Shown: one piece after another, positions 53,497-64,000 of the stretch
How positions within the stretch are numbered: the stretch's first letter is position 1
Layout: each line of letters starts with the position of its first letter
Origin: Convolutriloba macropyga
Lineage: Eukaryota
Assembly (NCBI RefSeq): GCF_964194025.1
Contig: NC_134472.1
Span: forward strand, 74,648,001 to 74,712,000
Reading direction: 5' to 3'
Length of the DNA: 64,000 bases
Position numbers and translations under genes: made by a program
Notes under the pieces: model-generated
Database searches by the model: none
What the model was told of the DNA's origin: nothing
The model's input: the letters and a program-made list of their open reading frames with translations, nothing else

Positions 53497-56400
53497 AGTA
53501 GCCTAATTGTTGTGATAATCTTATTAAATAGCTTTGCTTGCTGGGTAGCCCTTGTTTGAAAGAGGATTTTAGTGATCTGGCTAATGATAGAGTTGGCTAG
53601 CGTATTTTTCTGTCTCAGCAATATTCTTATTGAGCCGCACAACCAAATTGAGTTGCATCAGCTTTTTTAACGATTATATATTCTCAGCGACAATCTTATT
53701 TCTCGATTTTCGTTCTGAGTCACACCGGACAGCGGTTCGGTGAGTAAGGTCTGATTTAATAAGTGGCTCCTTTTACAGTTGTTAGGTGCTTGGGGCTTAC
53801 TTAGTAATCGTAGTAAAAATGCCTACTCGATCTCAGTTATCAAAGGAAGTAATGAAAAGAGAAATACCTTGCTCCAGTAAAGATTGACCTGCTGTTACAA
53901 AGGTGCTGTTACCAAGATTTTTGACATAAGTCAATCCTTCTGTTGTGGATTTTGCAGTGCGGTAAAAAAAACCAAGCCCAAAAGTTATGCCAACATCTTC
54001 GTCAATAACCTTAAAAAAGAGAATAAAGCCAGGTCCTGCATAGTTCAAAAAATTTAACAAGAACCGCTTCAACAAGACAGCAAGAGAACAAATGATTTTA
54101 TCTAAGGCTCCGTACCATCAAACGACAGCAATGACCTTGATCTTATTAAGCAAATTGCCGAAGAGATCGACGTTACCCTGAACAAAAGAGATTTTGAGCC
54201 GAAGCGTATAGGTTATGTTAACGATTTCACCTGTCGACAGCTCCTACTTGTTAGGTTTCTGTCCGACTTAAAAAAAAGAGTTTTTGAGGAAGTCTAAGAA
54301 CCTGAGATCCTCCAACAATTTTTCTCAGATTGATGTTGGTCCTGATTTAACAAAGTCAGACAGAGAGGCACAATTTCAAGTACGTCAAAAAAGAAGAACA
54401 CTTCAGAGCAAATACCCTGGGAAAATTTTTGTGATTAAGAGTGGACGAGTGGAGGAAAGAAATGACAAAAACTTTCCCAAACAGTCGAAAGAACAATTGT
54501 TAGTGTATTATTTTTCAACGTGCAGAGCATGCTCTCAATTGAGAAGCGTTTATCTTTATCAACGCTCTTCGGTCAGAAAATGCCAAGTGTTATAGAACTT
54601 GTTGAAACGTGGCTTGATTATTCTGTCACTGACTCCAGTTCTGCGGCTTGCCGTACTCCGTTATTGCAAGAGCCGTTGGAGGCGTAAAACAACACGGTGG
54701 TCCGCTGATAGCTTTCCACAACAATTTTTGAAACAACGCTGATATTCTAGACACTTAGGTAGAAAATTTCCACTTGAGCTGTCTGATAAGATTGCCATCA
54801 ACCTACCTCGCTGTATTACTTATGTACCTTCCTCCAAAAAGCTCTAATTTCTTTGTTTCTCCTTCATTTTTTCAATCCTTAGTTACTCGCTTTTTTCTCA
54901 AGTACTTGGAGCACTGCTCTACGGATAAGCTGGAGATTTAATTCTCGGTGACCTCAATTTTTCCAATATCAGCTGGGACTCTCCGATCGCTTCAAACTCT
55001 CATTATCAACGATTAATCGGTTGCCTTACACTAGATTACCTGCTTGATCAAATCGTTCGCATTCCTACACATAAACATAGTAAAATTCTCGACCTGTCTT
55101 TTGTGTCACAGCCAGAAGCATGGGAATGTGAAGTATTAGAAGCCAAATTGTCGGATCACTTTCCTCTTATTCTAAATTACGAAATAGATAACTTCTTCCG
55201 TTTTGAGTCCCAATCGGACTTTAGTCTATGCGGTAATGATTTCGAAGCTTCTCAACTCCTTGTTTGCTCTAGTTTTTGTGTCTGTTTGCTTTTAATTGAT
55301 TATCCGGCTTTTTGGCTAAGTAATATAAGAATCGCCCTCTCTGCAGGTTGTAAGAAAAAACGTAAACGAAGACAAATGCTGCCTTTTTTCTACAGCTCTA
55401 TAACAGTGCACTGCCTGAACATGCTAGAGTCGGCCAGGCGTCGTAGAGCATCGTTTTCAGCTCTATTGAAGCTTGAAACGGAGGTGTATGACTTCATTGA
55501 GCTGGATAAAGCCTGCTTCCTTGACTCTTGCAAACATTTTGCAATAAACGAGGCCAAGATTCTCAGGAGATTGATTGGACGGAACACCTTTCCCAAGGAA
55601 AAGTTTTGGAGAGATTGCCATGCATCTACTAATACAGAGAAAGCGAATCTGTTAAACAAAAATTTTCAATCAGTTATCATCGATTCAACTTGTTCAGCTG
55701 GCAACTTACCGCAAATGGCAAATCCTGTGGCAGAAGTTATATTTTCAGTGAACCAAATAACCAAGTTCCTCGAGATTGTGTCTTCTAGCACAAATATGAC
55801 TTGTGATGGTGTACCATCATTTGTTTGGAACAGCTGTCCCAGTACTCTGGCCGGATATGTATGCTCTCTCTTCTCATATATTAATAATACCAATGAATGG
55901 CCGAACTTTTGGAAGTGCGCATACGTTACTCCGATTTTTGAAAAGGTTCCAAAAGCGATGTAGAAAACTATAGACCGATCTCTATCCTGGCAGGATTTTC
56001 TTTTGTATTGGAAAAAATTATTTTTGATTACCTATATTGCGTTTTTCGCTCACAGCTGAGCGCTTGGCAGCACGGATTTTTAGTGGGAATGCAACCATCA
56101 ATTAAATTTTAGTATGCCTCCACGATATCTATGAGAATTTTGATAGTAATTCCGAGCAAATAAAAGTTTACCTTGACTTTTGATACTGTGAATCATAACA
56201 TATTACTTTGCAAATTGGCATACTTTGGACTAAACAAAAGTTTTTTAAAACTGATAAAGACTTATCGCACTAACAGAACTCAAAGAGTTCAGATCGATGG
56301 ATGTCTGTCTGACTGCGAGTCTATTTCAAGCGGTGTTTCAAAGGTAGTGTTCTTGGCCCTCTCCTCTTTTCAATCTATGTAGATGACATGCTGGCTTTGC

Positions 56401-57383
56401 CTTCTTCTTCAACTTGTTTTTTTACGTCGACGATACGAAGTTGACATGCCCGTCTGAAAATATCATTTTCAATTTGCAACATTTGCAACAAGATCTTGAG
56501 CGTCTCTCAGAGTGGTGCAGAGACAATAGCATGATGTTCAGTTCAAACAAATGCGTCTTTTTACATCTCTCAGAGAAGACAATTGGCAGTCTTTTTTTAT
56601 TGACGATTACCAGCTCCAGAGAGTTGATTCAATATCCGATCTTGGATTACAAGTATAAAAAACACTCAAATGGGAAGCCCACGTACGTGGTAAACTCATG
56701 AAAGCGCGACAGAATTTTAATTATCTCCGACACTCTGTGCCCTATTGCGTTCCTTCTAAATTAAAATTCAACCCGCGTGCGTGATGTTCTTGCTTCTCTA
56801 CGCTTCTCCAGCCTGGCATGCTGACGCTACTCATGTGCGACTCTTGGAGATTTTCTATTGGAAAAGGCTATGTTGGTGTTTTGGTTATAGTGAGTATAAA
56901 TCTATTTTGTGTCTCTCAGAGAATCTCCCTATTGCCTATCAACTTATTGATCGTGATTTGAAGTTCTTCATCAGCATTGTTTAAGGCAAAAGTTGTGTTC
57001 CCTTCAGTCAGTATTTCAGTCTTGAACGATCCGACAGATGTCTCCGCAGCGGTCAAGCAGTTCATCTCGTTGTCAATACATGAGCCAGGAAGCTGACCGC
57101 CAAGTCGTACATTAACCGCATTTAAACTGTTGTAAATTATTTTAATGATGTGAGTGATTTAGATTTACTCTATCCTCCAATAGGTTGCAAAAATCGCTTG
57201 CTAAAATTCTTTATTGATCCGCGAAACTGCAAATTTGAATGCAATCAAACCGGTACGTAGTAAATAAAGTGTCCATGTCCTATATGTGTATCTTACTATC
57301 CCTTCTTTTGTGCAGTTTTTTTTCTACTCAGCTTTCTGTACATATCTTAATTTGTTAATGCTAAAATTCCATCAGTTTGGTAA
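53497..57383 (+). mobile_element. Full-length decayed CR1/L2-type LINE inserted in the duplicate RARS2 exon; tail in the gap
   Basis: ORF1 from ~53819 (PDLTKSDRE); APE VETWL, GDLNF, SDHFP; RT ENYRPISIL, FDTVNH, YVDDTKL; C-terminal KCPCPIC. Confidence 0.9.
53501..53531 (+). other. Putative spliced-leader exon copy at the 5' end of the CR1 element
   Basis: GCCTAATTGTTGTGATAATCTTATTAAATAG begins 4 nt after host homology ends at 53496. Confidence 0.7.
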
Positions 57384-58376
57384 NNNNNNNNNNNNNNNNN
57401 NNNNNNNNNNNNNNNNNNNNNNNNNNNNNNNNNNNNNNNNNNNNNNNNNNNNNNNNNNNNNNNNNNNNNNNNNNNNNNNNNNNNNNNNNNNNNNNNNNNN
57501 NNNNNNNNNNNNNNNNNNNNNNNNNNNNNNNNNNNNNNNNNNNNNNNNNNNNNNNNNNNNNNNNNNNNNNNNNNNNNNNNNNNNNNNNNNNNNNNNNNNN
57601 NNNNNNNNNNNNNNNNNNNNNNNNNNNNNNNNNNNNNNNNNNNNNNNNNNNNNNNNNNNNNNNNNNAATTGGATCGATCCTTCTCTGAGACAATTTTAAC
57701 AGCACGTTTGTTTCCTTTGCAAAAAGCAAAAGTCCTGGCTTGAAAGCACCCAGGGATTGAGGCAACAGTTTTAGAAACCATTACAATACACTTGAAAATG
57801 GAAAATAGCAGCATTAGGTCTTAGAAGTAGAGAAGAACGTAATTCGATGTAACAGAAGCATCAGTTGACAGTTCAGATAAATAGCCGCTTTTCAAGGCAA
57901 TGCTCAGAAAAAGCGTAGGTGAAAAGTAAAAGTGCTCCTAAAATAGTGTTCAAAAGCGCCAATTAACTTGAACTAGCCAAAATAACAGCCTTCCGTCCTC
58001 AAAAACAGCTTCAATTGAGGCGTCTTCAATTTCTCGTCGTCTTAGTGTCATAGAGCCTCGAATGCAGAGGATGGAGCTAGATAAGAGAGCGATGCTCAAT
58101 TTCGTTCTTAGATACGACATGTCCATTTTCACGCAGAGAACTTAGATATGCGCTGTTCCACCAGAGCATGCAAAGACAAGTAAACAAACGTTAATTTCTC
58201 AACATTAATCAATTTTGTTCATTTTTAGCCTGACAGATTCCTGATTCTTGTAGTCTCTGCTACTGCTATCACCGCAACCTTTCGCTAGCAGCTTGGAAAG
58301 TTTAATTAAAAAGTTTTCTCAAATCCGGATTCCCAGTGTCCGTTGGCCTTGATTTCTAATGCATCATCATCAGTTG

Positions 58377-61370
58377 ATATGAAATTAAAAGCCAATCAAT
58401 CTAATTCTAAATATAAGATCGAACGTTTTCTCTATAACTAACATCGTCAGGAAATCAATTTTTTATGAGTGATTTCAACGAAAAAGGAAATATATCAACA
58501 ATATTACAAAGATCAAATTTTTGAGTTCATGCAAATTGATCTACTTCTTTAAATCGAAATTTCGAAAATCCTTGGTTTTCAACAATCAAAATATGTCGCT
58601 ATATTTTCTCCATTTCTGAAAAGTTGAGAGACTATTTTCCGACAGCAGCGTAATTTTTCAATTTTTTGCATACATTTTTCGCTAAAAATTTTTTGAACAA
58701 GCTGACTCACATAACAAACTAATAATTGAGGTTCAGCTGCCGCCCACTGTATTCGACGCACTTGTTTACCTTCGGATTACATTGCCCTGTTTGCTATGCC
58801 ACCACGGTGATCAATTTCTTAGTGTCGTGGCACTGGTTAATGATTCGCCAATTAAAAGTTTTTGACGAATTGCAGCGGTCGCTAACGTGCTGACCGACCG
58901 TTGAATCAAATTTTTGGGTCTCTGTCAATCTCGTGGTTACTTGACGTCAAGTCTCGACATACGTGGATTCACAATCTTTACATGAAAAATTATCAAAAAC
59001 CACGTGAGGTTTCAGATTTTGTATTGAAACTCGACTTAAGTGAAAGCAAGCAAGTTTTCAGTTTCCTATTTGTAGAAATAATATTTGACCGAGATGTTTT
59101 CTATAGATCTTCTTTAAATCGCACGCTTAAATTGCCTCGTGATTGCGTTCAAAAGGTGGGGATACCAGTTTCTGCCAATGGTATATTTGTTTTGGTGTTT
59201 GAGGTTTTTCAGTTCCCTACAACACGTGCTTCGAGAGCTTCGCTTACAGATTTCGCAATCCAACATTCAGGGTACTGGTTTTTCAACCATATATCTTAAT
59301 TTCTTATAAGTGCTACGTCAAAATTTTTTCAACTACTTGTGCAACGATAAACCTATGCACAGTGCCTTGCACTGTATTTCTCCTACGATGCAATGGGGCA
59401 AAACTACAAAAATTTAAATTCTTTAGAGGTATCAGTAGGCTTTCGGAACCATTTGCCTACAAATATATATTAATATCAAGAAAAGCCAGTTTGTCGTTTA
59501 CATTTAGATTTCGTAACGTAAATTGAAGATTTTTGAGCAATGTGTTAACGTTTTCGAGCAAGTGTTCGCTTGTCGATTTTGTTGGTACACACAATATCGT
59601 CAATATCTTGCGCTAAAAAACCTTCTCATTTACTTGAGATCTGTTTTTTTTGGTAATTTATTGCAGTGACTATAGCACCATACAAAATCCTCCAATACTT
59701 TGTATTCGTCATTGCTTTTTCTGTCACTTTGCATAAAACCATTTTAGCGAATCGTTCACATTATACTCTTGTACAATTGCAAACTAAATTTCTTGAACAA
59801 ACTAGGCATATCTCACTGAGATCTTTCTCCAAGCCCGGATCACGAATACAACTTTGGTTTTTAGGTTGCTCTTTGATCAATTTCATCGAAATCGTTGTCA
59901 AGATGACCAGTAAAGATGCGCCCACTGCTATTCCGTCAACTTGGCAGCACCATCTATTGTTACAATTGAAATGTTCATTTGTAACAACCAATTTGACCAG
60001 AGGTTTTTATGTTGATCGGGAGACTGGTCACTTGATTAAAGGAATCTTAGAGGTACTTCTATCGCTTCCAAAAGAGTCACATTTGTGTCGAAACTTTTCA
60101 CGTCTAACGAGACTATCTGTTCGTTGTCATCAAGCACAAATAGCTCAAGTTCTTTACGTGCATCAAGAGTGGATGTTTCAAAATTTGCTCCGGGTGACTT
60201 CTCAAAAAGAGGCGTGAGAAATTTGTTTAAGTTGTGGTAGCTACTCCCAGGAATCGATAGAATTCGTCTCAGTGGCGTGTCTATTTTAAAAGAAATTGCT
60301 AAACATTTTAAACGCAGGATGAGTTCCTGTTGTTTGGAATCTGCGGTACATTCGTTCAAATCCTGTTTCCTCATTTCTACCGAGGTGCTTTTTTTAGCTT
60401 TTACAATTTTATTATCGTTCTCAGTTTCAATTTTTTAAAATTGCCGACAATAAAGTACCACGAGGAGTTTCTATTGCTTTTCCTTCTTCATTACGCAATA
60501 ACCACTCCCTTTGTCAAACTGCACAGCCAATGGTTTGTTCTCCTTGATGTTTTATCTACCTTGAGAAGGACGCGGTCAATGGGTGTCTCTCTCACGTTTT
60601 TGGAATACCATTTGGTCGCACACTCGATTTTGCAAAGTTTTCATCAAAAGTTCCATTTTTGCGTATTAATTCGACAGGTGCATTTACATCCAGCAGAAAA
60701 TGGATCTCATTGAATTTGCCGTGGACTGGATGTTTTGGGCCATAAGAGAGCATTTCTTTAACAAAAACATGCAATTTGACATCATCGAGTGTTCTTATTG
60801 CAAAGTTGTTTGTCGCACGAAACGGTTTATCTTATCAAATTTTTCTCCAGCTTCAAAAGCGTTTTAGGATTTTGTTCTATCAAAAGGGATTGATAATTGT
60901 TGTTTATACTAAAAGTAATTGGTAACAACCATTGGTAAAAACAATTGGTCTCAGCGTTTTCTCTAGCATTTTTGGGCTCTTCAATTAACAATTTTAGATG
61001 AAACTTATGCACCGCTTGCTCAGAAAGAAACATTCGTTTTTGCAACTCAAAACTTGAGAAAATTGGGAATCAAATCATTTTTCAAACAGCGTTCCAGAAA
61101 AAATATCCTCAATTTTGCTTTCACGCGTTTTTCAAAATGTTTCGTGTGTTTTGAGTACGCCTTTCATTTTTCATGTTTTCGTAGCGCAAGTCTCATCCAA
61201 TCGACCGGCTTTATTTGAGCAGACAGTTGCATCTTGCACAGGAAGTCCACCAGAACTACGGACAACACCGTTCTTAAGTAACCGCTTGGCTTCTTTAGCA
61301 TGACGCTTTTGTCTGGCTTTTTGCTGTTTCCTACCTACTTTCCGTCTACCTCTACTTTTGCTCAATAACC
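58377..61370 (-). mobile_element. Decayed Penelope-like element, copy 1 (RT + GIY-YIG)
   Basis: PLRRILSIPGSSYHNL, VSLDVKS, QVDGIAVGASL, DIDDI, RKPTDT, and relict VV..FSCKDCESTYV..T.R.V.TRL.E GIY-YIG motif near 58925-59010. Confidence 0.88.
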
Positions 61371-61406
61371 CGTTGACCTTGATTTCTAATGCATCATCAT
61401 CAGTTA

Positions 61407-64000
61407 ATATGAAATTAAAAGCCAATCAGTCTAATTCTAAACTTAATATCGAACGTTTTCGCTATAACTAGCATCGTCAGGTTATCAATTTTTTCTTTGA
61501 GTGATTTCAACAAAAAAGGAAATATATCAACAATATTACAAAGATTAAATTTTTGAGTTCATGCAAATTGATCTACTTGTTTAAATCGAAATTTCAAAAA
61601 TCCTTGGTTTTCAACAATCAAAATATGTCGCTAACTTTTCTCCATTTCTGGAAAGTTCAGAGACTATTTTCCGACAGCAGCGTAATTTTTCAATTTTTTG
61701 CATACATTGTTCGCTAAAAATTTTTCGAACAAGCTGACTCACATAACAAACTAATAATTGAGTGTCAGCTGCCGCCCCCGGTATTCGACGCACTTGTTTA
61801 ACTTCGGATTTCGGTGCCCTGTTTGCTATGCCTCCACGGTGATCAATTTCTCAGTGTCGCTGCACTGGTTAATGATTCGCCAATTAAAAGCTTTTGACGA
61901 ATTGCAGCAGTCGCTAACGTGCTGCCCGACCGTTTAATCACATTTTTGGCTCTTTGTCATTCTCGTGGTTACTTGACGGCAAGTCTCGACATACGTGGAT
62001 TCACAATCTTCACATTAAAAAATATCAAAAACCACGTGAGATTTCAGATTTTGTATTGAAATTCGACTTAAGTGAAAGCAAGCAAGTTTTCAGTTTCCTA
62101 TTTGTAGAAATAATATTTAACCGAGATATTTTCTGTAGATCTTCTTTCAATCGCACGCTTAAATTGCATCGTGATTGCGTTTAAAAGGTGGGATACTAAT
62201 TTCTGCCAATGGTATATCTTTTTTGGCATTTGAGGCTTTTCTGTTTCCCTCAAAACAAGTGCTTTGAGAGCTTCGCATACAAATTTCGCAGTCCAACATT
62301 CAGGGTACTGATTTTTCAACCATATATCTTAATTTTTTATAAGTGCTTCTTCAATATTTTTTCAACTTTTTGTGCTACGGAAAACCTATGCACAGTGCCT
62401 TGCACTATATTTCTCCTTTGATGCAATGGGGCAAAACTACGAAAGTTTAAATTCTTTAGGGGTATCAGTTGGCTTACGGTACCATTTGCCTACACATATG
62501 TATTAATATCAAGAAAAGCCAGTTTGTCGTTTACATTTAGATTTCGAAACGTAAATTGAAGATTTTTGAGCAATGTGGTAACGTTTTTGAGCAAGTGTTC
62601 GCTTGTCGATTTTGTTGGTACACACAATATCGTCAACATCTTGCCCCAAAAAAACCTTCTCATTTACATGAGATCTGTTTTTTTGGTAATTTATTTTAGT
62701 GACTATAGCACCACACAAAGTCCCCCAATACTTTGTATTCGTCATTGCTTTTTCTGGCACTTTGCATAAAACCATTTTTGCGAATCGTTCACATTCTAAT
62801 CCTGTAAAATTGCAAACTAATTTTCTTGAACAAACTAGGCATATCTCACTGAGATCTTTCTCCAAGCCCGGATCACGAATACTACTTTGGTTTTTTGGGT
62901 TGCTCTTTGATCAAAGTCATCAATATCGTTGTCAAGATGACCGCAAAAGATGCGCCCATTGCTATGCCGTGAACTTGGCAGTACCATCTATTGTTACAAT
63001 TGAAATGTTCATTCGTCACAACGAATTTGACCAGAGGTTTTTATGTTGATTGTTTTATATCGGGAGACTGGTCACTTGAATAAAGGCATCTTAGAGATAT
63101 TTCTATTAGTTCAAAAACAGTCACATTCGTGTCGAAACTTTTTACGTCTAACGAAACTATCTGTTCGTTGTCATCAAACACAAATAGCTCATGTTCTTTA
63201 CGTGCATCAAGTGTGGATGTATCAAAATTTGCTCCGTGTAATTTCTCAAAGAGAGGCGGGAGAATTTTGTTTAAGTTGTGGTAGCTACTCCCAGGATTTG
63301 ATAGAATTCGTCTCAGTGGCGTGTCTATTTTTTAAAAAACATTTGCTAAACAATTTAAACGCAGGATGTGTTCCTGTTGCTTTGAATCTGCGGTACATTC
63401 GCTCAAATCCTGTTTCCTCATTTCTATCTAGGTGCTTTTTTTAGCTTTTACAATTACATTATCGTTCTCAGTTTCTATTTTTTTAATTTGATGACTATAA
63501 AGTACATCGAGGAGTTTCTATAACTTTTCCTTCTTCACTACGCAATAACCATTCCGTTTGTCAAACGGCACAGCCAAGAGTTTGTTCTCCTTGATGTTTT
63601 ATCTACCTTGAGAAGAGAAGGACGCGGTCTATGGGTGTCTCTCTCACGTTTTTGGAATACCATTTGGTCGCACACTCGATTTTGCAAAGTTTTCATCAAA
63701 AAATCCGTTTTTGCGTATTGATCCGACAAGTACATCTACATCCAACAGAAAACGGATCTCATTGAATTTGCCGTGGACTTGATGTTTTGGGCTGTAAGAG
63801 AGCTTTTCTTTGACAAAAACAAGCAATTTGATAGCATCGAGTGTTCTGACTGCAAGGTTGTTTGTCGCACGAAGCGGTTTATCTTGTCGAATATTTTTCC
63901 AGCTTCAAAAGCGTTTTAGGATTTTGTTCTGTCAAAAGCGATTGATATTTGTTGCTTATACTAAAAGCAATTGGTAACAGCCATTGGTAAAAAAACAATT
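61407..64000 (-). mobile_element. Decayed Penelope-like element, copy 2 (tandem, period ~3.03 kb, runs off the window)
   Basis: Colinear with copy 1 from 61371/58341 onward; roughly 85-90% identical by eye. Confidence 0.88.
61443..61488 (-). ncRNA. Minimal type I hammerhead ribozyme motif; degenerate copy at 58413-58458
   Basis: UUGAUAAC-CUGACGA-U-GCUA-GUUA-UAGC-GAAAACGUUC-GAUAUUAA: core boxes, 4-bp stem II, palindromic stem III (AACGUU), stem I with 7/8 pairs. Confidence 0.72.

Larger units (their letters stand above)
53384..57800 (-). pseudogene. RARS2: Dead duplicate of RARS2 first coding exon, split by a CR1 insertion (pieces ~53366-53496 and 57667-57790)
   Basis: MVSKTVASIPGCFQARTFAFCKGNKRAVKIVSEKDRSN and ...AGSPNVTKPFHP; acceptor TTTCAG|G changed to TTTCAAG. 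Confidence 0.88.
36932..58367. repeat. Tandem segmental duplication of ~2 kb of host sequence carrying the RARS2 first coding exon: left copy 36932-43106; right copy 43107-43200 + 52544-53496 + 57667-58367
   Basis: 43107-43200 matches 36932-37026; 52544-53496 matches ~37105-38036; 57667-57833 matches 38056-38222; 57834-58367 matches 42334-43106 minus one insertion. Confidence 0.92.

Overview
AT-rich, repeat-dense, intron-containing animal genomic DNA (invertebrate; an acoel-like lineage is my unverified guess) with two N gaps (52168-52543, 57384-57666). Three host genes lie on the minus strand. (1) A complete 3-exon mitochondrial arginyl-tRNA synthetase, RARS2 (38169->33180). (2) Three exons encoding only the N-terminal half of a PACSIN/syndapin F-BAR domain (27933->17109). 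(3) A multi-exon PLAC8/cornifelin-like membrane protein (about 11404->2673, probably continuing past the left edge), preceded by candidate microexons. Introns in 1-33 kb hold MITEs, tRNA-headed tandem repeats and satellites. The 37-64 kb region is a tandem duplication of the RARS2 first coding exon invaded by retroelements: a full-length RLE-type (CRE-like) element with an SGNH ORF1, four CR1/L2-type copies, an RTE and two Penelope-like copies. Main observation: two unrelated full-length retrotransposons begin with the same 31-nt, AG-ending sequence, GCCTAATTGTTGTGATAA(A/T)CTTATTAAATAG, right at their 5' insertion junctions. This is best explained as a trans-spliced leader (SL) added to the element RNA and then reverse-transcribed. 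The neighbouring RTE carries an HDV-like ribozyme fold and the Penelope copies a minimal hammerhead. Both of those RTs also contain zinc-finger modules inserted inside the RT core. All calls are by eye; no searches were run.
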